IMG/VR virus record: IMGVR_UViG_3300036766_000678
Span: 116,417 to 180,416 of that record
Origin: a virus
Length of the DNA: 64,000 bases
Direction: 5' to 3' (one strand)
Part shown: positions 1-9,118 of the stretch, in pieces
Layout of the letters: every line of letters starts with the position of its first letter
How positions within the stretch are numbered: the stretch's first letter is position 1
Notes under the pieces: model-generated
The model's database searches: none
The model's input: the letters and a program-made list of their open reading frames with translations, nothing else
What the model was told of the DNA's origin: nothing
Position numbers and translations under genes: made by a program

Positions 1-341
1 GGAGCATTAACTGCATACGTTGTGGCTGCGTAAGGTGATCCACGACCATCATCAAACAGGACGAAATCTCCACCGTTTAAATAAACGGATTCGAGACCTC
101 CCCTATTAAAATTCGTGTAATCAAAACCTTGACCAGCTACTTCACCATTTGAGGGTTGGAGTGGGAAAAATACATTTGATTCAATTGCAAGACCATAGGG
201 CTTACCAGTTGTATTGGTTTTGACCCAAGGCTGAACTGTTCCATCTGCATTAATCTGTAATGCCATTCCACCAACAATATTCCCAGAGAGAATTTTGGCA
301 CCGCCGCTGCGGTTAACTTCCTTAATCTGACGTATTGCCAT
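1..341 (-). CDS. Probable head decoration (cement) protein, 3' end outside the window
   Basis: Hand-translated: ATG at 341 after AAGGAG; MAIRQIKEVNRSGGAKILSGNIVGGMALQINADGTVQPW...PYGLAIES... open to the window edge. Gly-rich, beta-like, and downstream of the protease/scaffold gene, where decoration or capsid genes usually lie. Confidence 0.45.
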   Translation of the reverse strand, partial: MAIRQIKEVNRSGGAKILSGNIVGGMALQINADGTVQPWVKTNTTGKPYGLAIESNVFFPLQPSNGEVAGQGFDYTNFNRGGLESVYLNGGDFVLFDDGRGSPYAATTYAVNA

Positions 342-544
342 AATAGACTCCTTGTTTTTTATTTTGTGTTTTGTAACAGGCGAGTCTAGTCTTTTCTTAG
401 TTGAGGGGTACTTATTTAAAGGCCACACAACATGTGTGGAAAATTGTTTATCTTTTATACTTTTAAACGAGGCTAAACATGAAACGAATAAGATGTTATA
501 AATTTTCCAATATAACAAATTTTGAACCTAGGTTTTATTCAAAT

Positions 545-1111
545 CTATTTTAATCCTGCTTCTTCTAACAACTTACCATACCATTCTGACACTTCAAGTA
601 AATTGCATTTATTATGCTTTCGGGCATTCTGGGTTTGTGTAAGACATTGTAAATTCCAAGAAACATGTAATCCAGATACTTTTTTACCTTGCAATGGAAT
701 ATAATGATCCCCAACCATATCATCTGGTTTATTTTTATAAAATTCAATTATATTATCCCAGTCTGTCCAAGCTACCTCTCTAAGATTTCTATTTGTCTGA
801 TTTTTGATATTGTATGCTAAACATTTTTCTCGATTATTTATAAAATATTGCCTATCAATTTCGGCCTTTTGTTCTCTATGATTATCCCACCATTCTTTTT
901 GTTTGAGTGCTAAAATAGGGCCATTTTCAGTACGATAATCTTTCATTTTAGCCAAAAGAATATCTCTATGTTCTTGAAAATATTCTTTATAATAATTAGA
1001 GTTTTCTAAACTCCATTGCCTTTTACAATCATTACAAGCATTTCTGGAATCTCTTCCATAAATATTTGTGTCATGACCATGTTTACAAAATTGAGATTTA
1101 GGTCTAGCCAT
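545..1111 (-). CDS. Free-standing HNH homing endonuclease with one CxxGHD zinc module
   Basis: C-terminal DHYIPLQGKKVSGLHVSWNLQCLTQTQNARKHN; N-terminal FCKHGHD...CNDC. Confidence 0.8.
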   Translation of the reverse strand: MARPKSQFCKHGHDTNIYGRDSRNACNDCKRQWSLENSNYYKEYFQEHRDILLAKMKDYRTENGPILALKQKEWWDNHREQKAEIDRQYFINNREKCLAYNIKNQTNRNLREVAWTDWDNIIEFYKNKPDDMVGDHYIPLQGKKVSGLHVSWNLQCLTQTQNARKHNKCNLLEVSEWYGKLLEEAGLK

Positions 1112-1113
1112 GT

Positions 1114-4100
1114 TTATTTTTTAGGTACATCATTAATTGTCTTATGTTTTAATGTGCCCATACTTCTAAAAATATTTCCAACTTCGTCATGATCACTAGG
1201 ATCATAAGTCAAATAAGGGACACGAGTGGCTTTCTTCTCATTAACTGTAGAAGAGGGCATTGGAAGTTCTTCAATAGCTTTTTCCATGGCCTTTAACGCC
1301 ATATCATCGAAGGCAAGTAATTCTTTATGCTTGGCCTTAATTGCATGAGTCATAGCTTTATGACGAGCATCTAATAGATAAGTACCAGATTTAAGTTCAC
1401 TATCTAGTACATCTGGGCTCAATTGAAGAACATTTTTGTCAACCATATTAGCAACAATTTTCTGGCATCGTTCAGAACGTGCAGAAAGAATAGCAGCAAA
1501 TTTCTTTGCTTTCTCTTCCTCTTGAGCCTTAACTTCAATAGCTTTTAGTTCGGCCTCTTTCTTAGAAATAGCTTCCTCACGAGTTTTAAGAGCAGATTCT
1601 TTCATACCCATTTCATCTTCATGAGCTTCTTCAAGTGCGGGATGCTCTTCAACTTTAGGAGCCTCTTCCATCTTAGGAGCTTCTGGCATAGCGGGAGCCA
1701 TCTCAGGCTTTTTTTCCTCAACTGGAGGAAGACCAAGAACAGCTTTCATAAGCTTAAGCACTTCACCAACTTCTTTACCAAAACCATCTGGCAATCTTTT
1801 AACTTCCTTGCCATCTTTCTCAATAATAACTTCTTTAGATTCTTTGTCCTTATGAGCAGAGTATCCTTCACCAATATCAAGTTTATCTGCTTTATCAAAT
1901 GCAGAAACTTCTTCTTTAGGAGTATCACCAGGGAGAGCTAAATTCTCAGTTTCGTGCTCAGGAACTCCAGCAGGTTTCTCTTCAACCTTAACATCATCAA
2001 CTAAAGGATCTGCGTGTTCAGGTGTAGGAGGCATTTCAGTTGCAGCAGATTTATTAACAGCCACATCTGGCTCTTTTGTAAGATTAGGAGTAGTATGTTC
2101 TGTTTTACCTTTAACAGCTTCATCAGGCTTGCTAGAGGGATTAGAAGAAGGTTCCTTTTTATCCTTTACTGCTTGATCTGGTTCCTTAGTTAAATTAGGT
2201 GTCTTATTTACTTTATCCCCATCAACACTTGTTTCAGGAGTAGCAGATTTGCCTTCTTCTGGTAAAGTTGTACCCTTAACAGATTCATCTGGTTTTGCAT
2301 CAAATTTTTTCGTACCTTCTGGTAAAGTAGATCCATCAACTGCTTCTGTTGGTTTATCAGCTGCTTTCTTTTCCATAATAGTCTCCTGAGATGATTTCTT
2401 TGGAACATCCATACCCTTTTCTCTAGCTTCAGAATAGGCTGCTGCTACCGCTTGGGCTCGTTCCATTCCATCTTCTTTAATATGTTTTTCTACATGCTTC
2501 TTAATAAATTCTTGTGCTTCGGGTGTCATTGAAGACCACTTAATTTGTGCATTAGCTTCTTTATAATTAACAGAGGCTTTCTTTTCATCAACTAATTTGC
2601 AAGGTTTACCATTCATACTATGTCGTCCATATTCCAGCATCTCACCACATTCGGGACATTTTGTTGCTGCTTCTTTTTTAGAACCCTTCTCTTCAGCTTC
2701 CATTTCCTCAGTTCCCTTAGCTACATAAGAAGTTTCAACCTCTTTCTCTGATTTCTCCAGTTTCTTCTCTTCTGGATTCTTAGGAGTAGTGGTAACTTCT
2801 TTACCTTCAGCTTCAGGCTTAGGTTCTGAATAATCTGTTTTTACTTCTTTTGCTTTAGGGGCGGCAGGTCCTGTTTGACCCTTTTCCTGCCCTGGCATTT
2901 TAAATTGTGGATCAGTCTTAGCATCTGTACCTGCTGGTGCTGCTGGACCTTTTTGAGCTTGTTCCTGTCCTGGTTTTGTTACTGGGGAATTTTTAACATT
3001 GTGTTCTTTATTATTTGTGCCAGTAGAAGGTTTTGCATAACTACCATCAGGTCCTAGTTCTGGACCTTTTGCGGTTTTATTTAATTTATGTGTTACATCC
3101 CATAAATCAGCCAATTTCTCAATTCCTTCTTTAGTATAACGAGCAACAACCTCTTTACCATATGCTTCACTGGTTGCCCATTTCTGATCATCAAAAGAAA
3201 GTGTTTCAAATGTACTACCCCAAATATCTTTAAGAGAAGCATCTAATAGGCACTTAGCATCTTCATACACTGACCAAGTAGAAGCAAGTACATTATTTTT
3301 ATCTTCATTAAATTTGGCTGAGATGGAAGATTTCTTATCTTTTTTCTTCCCATAATCACATGTTACACACGTAACTTCATCCCCCACTTTACGGGCAGCA
3401 ACACTATCACAGTTTGGACATTTGACAAATTCTGTTTTAGCTGTTTCTTTTCCCAATTCCTCTTTAGCCACTGCTTCAACTTTCTTTTCCAATAATTGAG
3501 CAGCAAAGCTATCTTTTACTTTAGCCACAATTCTAGATAGAAATGTTTCTTCTTTCTTAGTGGCATCAGCAACCACTTCTTTATTAACTACTTCGTTAGC
3601 TTTCTTGGTTTTATGCTGAATATAGCTCTCAAGTTGCTCCATTTCTAGGGCGGAAATTTTTGATAAAATCTTTTTTTGATCTTCGGATACAATATTCTTA
3701 TCTGACATGGATGACTCCTTGGATGATTCTTGTGCTTCTTTATCAGTAGTTGGGCAAATTCCGCAGAACTCAGCCTTCAAATTTTTTGCTGTCTCTGAAT
3801 CTACTTTAGTTAAAAGACCTTCAAATTGTTTTACAAAATCTTGTTGCTCATCTTTAGAAAGAGCGGCGGTTTTCGAAAGTCTGCTTCTCATATTGCTTAA
3901 AATTGTTTTCACAATCGCTTTAGGGTCTGCGGGAATTCCAACCAAAGACAATTCATTGAATGCAATCCCACTATTTAAAGACATGGCTTTAACTTTTTGA
4001 CCTTTAGAAATGTTATACTTAAGATTATCAACTTCAGCATCAAACTCATGTCCCAAAGAAAATGCTTCAAGATGTTTACAACGTGGATCAGCATCTGAAT

Positions 4101-5820
4101 GAAGAACCAAACCACACACGCTACACGCACTTTCATCAACGGAACAATTGTGAACAGCAACACCATTAACAAGATAAGAATTTTTCTCTTTAACACTAAA
4201 ATTATAGACAAGTAATTTTTGATCTTCTACTTCAATACCACTAATTGGGATCATTAAATAATTATTTACTAAAAGTTTCTGTTGTTTATTACCACCTACA
4301 GGCAAACCAGTAGGAATCTTATCACAATATTTTGCCATTTCATGTAATGATTCCCCTGAAATACAAATTCTATATGTTCTAGAGGCAGCAATTGTTTTAG
4401 TGCCACTTTTAAAATTAGCTATTTTTTCTTTATAATGCTTTTCTTCTAATGCAAAAAGAAGAGAAGCACGACAAAATAACCATGCCATCTGATAAATAAA
4501 AGCTTGGGAAGCAGTTTCCAAATAGGCACGTCTAATATGGGGATGAGCATCTTTTCTATTTATCTCTTCATAATCGCTATAGCAGCCATCCCCGCAAAGA
4601 AATGCTCCTAGAAGTTCTTTTTGGAATTCAATATTCCATAAAAGAACAGAGGGATCAAGCTTTTTAGTTTTAGCTTTTTCTCCACCTAATTGCATTAATT
4701 TTTCTGCCAGTTCTTTATCATATATAAAAATACGGCAAGCATTTAATTTTGGATATTTCTTTATAGTTACTTTCTTTTTAGTAATAGAGCTAATAAGGGT
4801 TTTAATCTCTTTAGCATATTTGGCTTCTTTTATATGCAAAGTAAACATTGCTCCACCAACTAAATTGCAACGACAAATCTTATTTACTTTTCTACATGGG
4901 TAACATTTATAATAAATAATATTGCCCTCTGCAAGATACCAACCTAAAAGACGTGCAAACTCTTTAGTTATATTATCGGGGGTTTTTTCTTCTTTAGAAA
5001 AGGGAAAAGATACATAATCCCCTGGACGAAGATTCTCAGCAGATATCCACTCAAAATATTTAGCATTACTGGCTATTTTTTCTAGGGATTGCCCAGTAAT
5101 ACTATGCCCTGCCTCAACTAAAGAGACAGAATTTAAAATATTAATTATGTTCTCTTTTTTTATGCTCCAAAAAGGATGTTCATTTGTGGCAGTAATAGGA
5201 AGTTTTGTAAATCCTAAAAGTTTTAAAGTATACATTAACCCGTCATAAGGTCTAATCATTGTTTCAATTACTTCATCAGAAAGACCTAAATGATTTAAAA
5301 CTTTATCCCCTACTTTGATATCTTCGATATTTTTAAAGGTATGATCGGATAGTAAAATTTGGGTCCCTTCTTTAAAACAACCCATACTCACCGTGTTCAA
5401 AATACCAGTTTGAACTTGCCTCGCTAGTTCAGGAAATAAATATTTATCGAGCTTCGCTAATACTTCAATATATTTCTCACCAGTCTCTGGATCTTCAACA
5501 GGATATGAGTCGATGAGTCTGCCCACGGCTTTCAAAACCGAATCAGCCGAATGGTCTATGTACAATCCCTTTCCTTGAAAAGAAGCATAACTTTTTAAAA
5601 GATCATCCCAACCAAACGCATCCCAATTGCCGTTAGCTCCATTTGTTTCATAACTTGAAATTGCACGAGCCCTCAGATACAAAAACTGTTCGTTTTTAGG
5701 TTCAATGATATGTGAAGATCCTGGAACCTTTTCTTCCATAGGACGATCAATCAATAATTCTTCCACTGCTGCGGCAGTTTTTAAAATCTTCCATGAAGAA
5801 CCAATTTTTTGTAATGACAT
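1114..5820 (-). CDS. Prohead protease (HK97-like) fused to a long scaffold region, intein-containing
   Basis: GKGLYIDH and TVSMG|CSVDESACSVCG protease-like motifs; long acidic/Pro-rich and coiled-coil C-terminus; position in the head module downstream of portal. Confidence 0.8.
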   Translation of the reverse strand: MSLQKIGSSWKILKTAAAVEELLIDRPMEEKVPGSSHIIEPKNEQFLYLRARAISSYETNGANGNWDAFGWDDLLKSYASFQGKGLYIDHSADSVLKAVGRLIDSYPVEDPETGEKYIEVLAKLDKYLFPELARQVQTGILNTVSMGCFKEGTQILLSDHTFKNIEDIKVGDKVLNHLGLSDEVIETMIRPYDGLMYTLKLLGFTKLPITATNEHPFWSIKKENIINILNSVSLVEAGHSITGQSLEKIASNAKYFEWISAENLRPGDYVSFPFSKEEKTPDNITKEFARLLGWYLAEGNIIYYKCYPCRKVNKICRCNLVGGAMFTLHIKEAKYAKEIKTLISSITKKKVTIKKYPKLNACRIFIYDKELAEKLMQLGGEKAKTKKLDPSVLLWNIEFQKELLGAFLCGDGCYSDYEEINRKDAHPHIRRAYLETASQAFIYQMAWLFCRASLLFALEEKHYKEKIANFKSGTKTIAASRTYRICISGESLHEMAKYCDKIPTGLPVGGNKQQKLLVNNYLMIPISGIEVEDQKLLVYNFSVKEKNSYLVNGVAVHNCSVDESACSVCGLVLHSDADPRCKHLEAFSLGHEFDAEVDNLKYNISKGQKVKAMSLNSGIAFNELSLVGIPADPKAIVKTILSNMRSRLSKTAALSKDEQQDFVKQFEGLLTKVDSETAKNLKAEFCGICPTTDKEAQESSKESSMSDKNIVSEDQKKILSKISALEMEQLESYIQHKTKKANEVVNKEVVADATKKEETFLSRIVAKVKDSFAAQLLEKKVEAVAKEELGKETAKTEFVKCPNCDSVAARKVGDEVTCVTCDYGKKKDKKSSISAKFNEDKNNVLASTWSVYEDAKCLLDASLKDIWGSTFETLSFDDQKWATSEAYGKEVVARYTKEGIEKLADLWDVTHKLNKTAKGPELGPDGSYAKPSTGTNNKEHNVKNSPVTKPGQEQAQKGPAAPAGTDAKTDPQFKMPGQEKGQTGPAAPKAKEVKTDYSEPKPEAEGKEVTTTPKNPEEKKLEKSEKEVETSYVAKGTEEMEAEEKGSKKEAATKCPECGEMLEYGRHSMNGKPCKLVDEKKASVNYKEANAQIKWSSMTPEAQEFIKKHVEKHIKEDGMERAQAVAAAYSEAREKGMDVPKKSSQETIMEKKAADKPTEAVDGSTLPEGTKKFDAKPDESVKGTTLPEEGKSATPETSVDGDKVNKTPNLTKEPDQAVKDKKEPSSNPSSKPDEAVKGKTEHTTPNLTKEPDVAVNKSAATEMPPTPEHADPLVDDVKVEEKPAGVPEHETENLALPGDTPKEEVSAFDKADKLDIGEGYSAHKDKESKEVIIEKDGKEVKRLPDGFGKEVGEVLKLMKAVLGLPPVEEKKPEMAPAMPEAPKMEEAPKVEEHPALEEAHEDEMGMKESALKTREEAISKKEAELKAIEVKAQEEEKAKKFAAILSARSERCQKIVANMVDKNVLQLSPDVLDSELKSGTYLLDARHKAMTHAIKAKHKELLAFDDMALKAMEKAIEELPMPSSTVNEKKATRVPYLTYDPSDHDEVGNIFRSMGTLKHKTINDVPKK
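4147..5379 (-). mobile_element. LAGLIDADG intein (411 aa) in the prohead protease
   Basis: Starts CFKEGTQILL, block B ATNEHPF, LAGLIDADG-like LLGWYLAEG and LLGAFLCGDG, ends AVHN followed by Cys(+1). Confidence 0.92.
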
Positions 5821-5822
5821 AA

Positions 5823-6473
5823 TTATTCCTCAACAATTCCCTTAAGCAAATTTCGAGCCTTATTCAAACTTGTTTCAACATTAAAATTCTTGATTTCATC
5901 CCATTCTTCATCTGTCAATTCTTTCTTAGGAGGTATTGCTTCCTCAGTAACATCGTGTAAAGAAGGCTGCTCTGGGATTTGTTCCCATTCTTTTTTAGGA
6001 ACATATTGATATTTTTTCTTTGGTTCTAAAGGAACATTAACTTGTTTTGGTTTTTGAACAGGTGCTTGCCTAACTCGTTTAGGAGCAACAGGAGTCTTTG
6101 TTTTTGGTGCATATTGTGGTGTTGAAATACTTGTGTCGGTGTTTCCATATGAATCAACACGAACATCAGACAAGTTTGGGCCAGAGACAATCAATGTACA
6201 ATTAATATCGCCTGGATGCGATTTTTCGAATAAGGGGGCCGAAAAATTTAAACCCCCTACAAAATCTTCTATATTCCACTTTTGACGATTTAGATCGACG
6301 CAACGTGAGTGCCTAGACGCGCCTGAGTCCCATTCTACAATCTGATACCCCTGGGAAGCTAAATCTTCCAATACTGGTAAGGACATATCCTGACGAGTAT
6401 TTCCTACAGCCTGTTTATTTAGCCTGTTTATTTTTTGAGCTTTTTCGGCTAGTTTTTCTTCCCAATTGGTCAT
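5823..6473 (-). CDS. MuF-like minor head protein
   Basis: W...C..L...APLFEKSHPGDINC resembles the MuF C-terminal HPxCxC region; lies between portal and protease. Confidence 0.4.
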   Translation of the reverse strand: MTNWEEKLAEKAQKINRLNKQAVGNTRQDMSLPVLEDLASQGYQIVEWDSGASRHSRCVDLNRQKWNIEDFVGGLNFSAPLFEKSHPGDINCTLIVSGPNLSDVRVDSYGNTDTSISTPQYAPKTKTPVAPKRVRQAPVQKPKQVNVPLEPKKKYQYVPKKEWEQIPEQPSLHDVTEEAIPPKKELTDEEWDEIKNFNVETSLNKARNLLKGIVEE

Positions 6474-6702
6474 ATTTTAGTTCCAAATATTCGAGATTAT
6501 CACTTGTTAAAAAATTAGGGCATTTACAATCAAAATTTGGTCTTGGATTACTTAGAATTTTTATCCACAAGCAGGGCTTCTTCCCTTTTCGTGAACAGGT
6601 AGCGTGATCAAAACGTGAATGCTTGCATGTTCGGCACCTATCTCTATTTGTTTCTTCTACTATTTGCATGTACCCTGAAAAATTATATGTTTTGCTTATC
6701 AT
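6415..6702 (-). CDS. Small Cys/His protein with DNLxYLE tag
   Basis: CRTCKHSRFDH...CKCPNFLTSDNLEYLELKY. Confidence 0.75.
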   Translation of the reverse strand: MISKTYNFSGYMQIVEETNRDRCRTCKHSRFDHATCSRKGKKPCLWIKILSNPRPNFDCKCPNFLTSDNLEYLELKYDQLGRKTSRKSSKNKQAK

Positions 6703-6895
6703 AAAGGTACTCTAAATACTTCAAGTTCTCTTTAGGTAAAAATTCTGCACATTTACAAGCTAGAGTAAAATTCTTAAAAGCCATATAAATACATTTACCT
6801 GGTTTTTTATCCACATCAGTATGACTTAAAAAATAATGTTCACAATTCCTGCACAATTCGAAATTAAAAATATTCTTAATTCGTCTAATTGGCAT
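6683..6895 (-). CDS. Small Cys/His protein with DNLxYLE tag
   Basis: CRNCEHYFLSH...CKCAEFLPKENLKYLEYLY. Confidence 0.75.
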   Translation of the reverse strand: MPIRRIKNIFNFELCRNCEHYFLSHTDVDKKPGKCIYMAFKNFTLACKCAEFLPKENLKYLEYLYDKQNI

Positions 6896-7161
6896 TATCT
6901 TCCAGGCTCATTGTACCCATGTTCAGCCAAAATCTTAGAAGCCATTTTAATTAAATTATAATTTTTATCTTTAACACTACGTTCAAATTGTTTAAATGCT
7001 TGTTCATTTTGAACAGCCATACGAGCACAATCTATAGAAAATCCCATAAGCTGTGTAAGCAAAGAACCCATTAATATCGGGATATTAAGCTCTTCTTGCC
7101 CATCAGATCCTACGATTAAATATTCATCTTCTTTTTTTGGTTTCTCTTGCATAATACCCAC
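6895..7161 (-). CDS. Hypothetical protein
   Basis: SD-like AAGGA upstream; tightly packed in the operon. Confidence 0.6.
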   Translation of the reverse strand: MGIMQEKPKKEDEYLIVGSDGQEELNIPILMGSLLTQLMGFSIDCARMAVQNEQAFKQFERSVKDKNYNLIKMASKILAEHGYNEPGR

Positions 7162-7200
7162 CTTATCTTATCCTTTTAATTAAGTTAAATGACTAAAAAA

Positions 7201-7253
7201 TCGTATATAAACAATATTCCCTATATACACCACTTTTAGTTATATTTTTACAT
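7201..7253 (-). promoter_or_regulatory. Conserved 53-bp intergenic element, copy 1 (candidate late promoter)
   Basis: 47/53 identical to 20935..20987; minus-strand core ATGTAAAAATATAACTAAAA. Confidence 0.6.
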
Positions 7254-7276
7254 CAAAAACAATATTACCTACTACG

Positions 7277-7513
7277 TTACTTTGTAACTGAAAAACCTAC
7301 TGCTTCCAACCTTCCAATTAATACAGACAAATCATCTGGCCCGTAATCCACGACCCCAATTTGCTTGATAGCAGTATGAAGATCGTCAATTGTCAGTTGT
7401 TTTTTGGGCCATTGTTTCAATAAAATCTCTGAAATATAATTAGGGTCTATAGTGAAACCACCATATTTAATTACTTTCAATTTATAGGAACTTCCAATCT
7501 TATTTAATGCCAT
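7277..7513 (-). CDS. Small protein sharing an N-terminal leader with the prohead protease
   Basis: MALNKIGSSYK versus MSLQKIGSSWK. Confidence 0.65.
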   Translation of the reverse strand: MALNKIGSSYKLKVIKYGGFTIDPNYISEILLKQWPKKQLTIDDLHTAIKQIGVVDYGPDDLSVLIGRLEAVGFSVTK

Positions 7514-7514
7514 A

Positions 7515-8180
7515 TTATTTACCTAGAAAATGTCGGACATCTTGAATAGAAACCGCTAAAGTTATTCCTGACCAACTAAAAGAACTGCCTTCAGTCATTG
7601 CATTAACTCCCACTAATTCTCCTCTATAATTAAAAACACCTCCACCAGAAGAACCTGAATTAATGGCAGCATCTGTTACTATGTATAAACTTTTATATAA
7701 TTCTATTTCAACATTTAAAGCAGATACAATACCATGAGAAACTAAAAATTCCATATTAAATGGGCTTCCAACATTTATAATCTCTTCTCCAACTTTTAAA
7801 TGTTTACCTAATTTGACATATTTATGACGTAATCCTTTTACACGAAGAAGACTTAAATCGTGGAGGGCATCTAACTTAATTACTTCTGCTGTATATGATT
7901 TTCCATTTATATCCCTAATCCAAATTTGTGAGGGAACAGTGGGTTGAAAACAATGCCCAGCAGACAGTATTTCATCCTTAGAAATAAATGTGCCAGAACA
8001 TCCGCCACGTAAAATTTGTTCTTTACCTTCTTTATTTTTAATTTTAGCTTTTATATGAATAAGTACAGAAGCTTTAAGTGCTCGATTAGTGGCTCTTTCG
8101 TAATTCATTTTTGCATTGGCACAACTAGAAGAACTTAAAACTATCGTGCTAGTTAGCAACATAGCTAGTAATTTTCTCAT
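7515..8180 (-). CDS. Trypsin-like (S1) serine protease with N-terminal signal/anchor
   Basis: Triad motifs LSAGHC, HDLSLL, INSGSSGG; hydrophobic N-terminus. Confidence 0.88.
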   Translation of the reverse strand: MRKLLAMLLTSTIVLSSSSCANAKMNYERATNRALKASVLIHIKAKIKNKEGKEQILRGGCSGTFISKDEILSAGHCFQPTVPSQIWIRDINGKSYTAEVIKLDALHDLSLLRVKGLRHKYVKLGKHLKVGEEIINVGSPFNMEFLVSHGIVSALNVEIELYKSLYIVTDAAINSGSSGGGVFNYRGELVGVNAMTEGSSFSWSGITLAVSIQDVRHFLGK

Positions 8181-8188
8181 AAAATTCC

Positions 8189-8410
8189 TTATAAATTTTT
8201 ATTATACAAATATTCGAAATACTCAAGATTGGACATTGGAGTATAGAAATCACAAGGGCATTTCCCCGTTTGTGACCAGATACACCAAGATATAGCAGGT
8301 TTATCTTCTATAAGAATTCCTTGTTGGTAAGTTTCAATACTACCTAAATCTTTATGGTCTTCATAAGAATGATAACAATTACAAAGAAGATGTACTTTCT
8401 TTTCTTTCAT
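8189..8410 (-). CDS. Small Cys/His protein with DNLxYLE tag
   Basis: CNCYHSYEDH...CPCDFYTPMSNLEYFEYLY. Confidence 0.75.
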   Translation of the reverse strand: MKEKKVHLLCNCYHSYEDHKDLGSIETYQQGILIEDKPAISWCIWSQTGKCPCDFYTPMSNLEYFEYLYNKNL

Positions 8411-8624
8411 AACACCATTCCAAATACTCTAAATTATCTGATGGGATATATCTCAAACAAATACATCTATTAGTTCGACAAATTCTCCCCAAATATTCAC
8501 TATCTCTATGTTGATAATTTAGACAAGAAGTATTTTTAGAAGTATGCCAACTAGGAGAACATTTGCACGTCTTGCAAACACTATTAAAACGCTGATGGAT
8601 CTTTACTTCTTTCTTTTTTATCAT
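8379..8624 (-). CDS. Small Cys/His protein with DNLxYLE tag
   Basis: CKTCKC...CICLRYIPSDNLEYLEWCY. Confidence 0.75.
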   Translation of the reverse strand: MIKKKEVKIHQRFNSVCKTCKCSPSWHTSKNTSCLNYQHRDSEYLGRICRTNRCICLRYIPSDNLEYLEWCYERKESTSSL

Positions 8625-8928
8625 ATAAATGTTCTAAATATTCTAGGTTATCTTTTGGTGTATATTCTTTGCATTGGCAATTTACAAACGTAACTGCCCC
8701 CCAATCGGAAAATTCAACACACTGATCATTAAGGTGGGCATGATTACAATCTCTACATCTTTTGGTAGTAGGTATAATTGTGCTAGGGCTAGTTGTAGTA
8801 GTCGTATAAGTATAAGGATAAGGATTTGTATTGGGAGAATACGAAGGATCTATTCCAGTAGTTGTATTATAATTCCAAATAGGATTATTTGTTGCTAACA
8901 CATTAGCCGTTGTAACACTATTAAACAT
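8584..8928 (-). CDS. Cys/His protein with Thr/Pro-rich N-terminus and DNLxYLE tag
   Basis: CRDCNHAH...CQCKEYTPKDNLEYLEHLY. Confidence 0.75.
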   Translation of the reverse strand: MFNSVTTANVLATNNPIWNYNTTTGIDPSYSPNTNPYPYTYTTTTTSPSTIIPTTKRCRDCNHAHLNDQCVEFSDWGAVTFVNCQCKEYTPKDNLEYLEHLYDKKERSKDPSAF

Positions 8929-9118
8929 TTATCTCTCCTTTTCGTTTCTTATCATATAAGTATTCTAGGTATTCTAAGTTATTTCTAGGTTCATAACCTA
9001 AACACTCAGAAGCACCATTTAAAAGTTTTGGGCAATAACAATGTATTGGAACATACTCACTCTCAGAATTTCCATAATAATGTAAACAATTACAATTTCT
9101 ACATGTACTTAAAAACAT
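8921..9118 (-). CDS. Small Cys/His protein with DNLxYLE tag
   Basis: CRNCNCLH...CLGYEPRNNLEYLEYLY. Confidence 0.75.
   Translation of the reverse strand: MFLSTCRNCNCLHYYGNSESEYVPIHCYCPKLLNGASECLGYEPRNNLEYLEYLYDKKRKGEINV

Noticed and set aside
423-439. Hairpin CCACACA-ACA-TGTGTGG upstream of the decoration gene
   Set aside because: 3-nt loop and no convincing U-tract on the coding strand; not supportable as a terminator.
2050-2350. Short peptide repeats in the scaffold region (TPNLTKEPD twice; DG/KG-[ST]TLPE twice)
   Set aside because: Local duplications in a disordered region, with no further structure evident.
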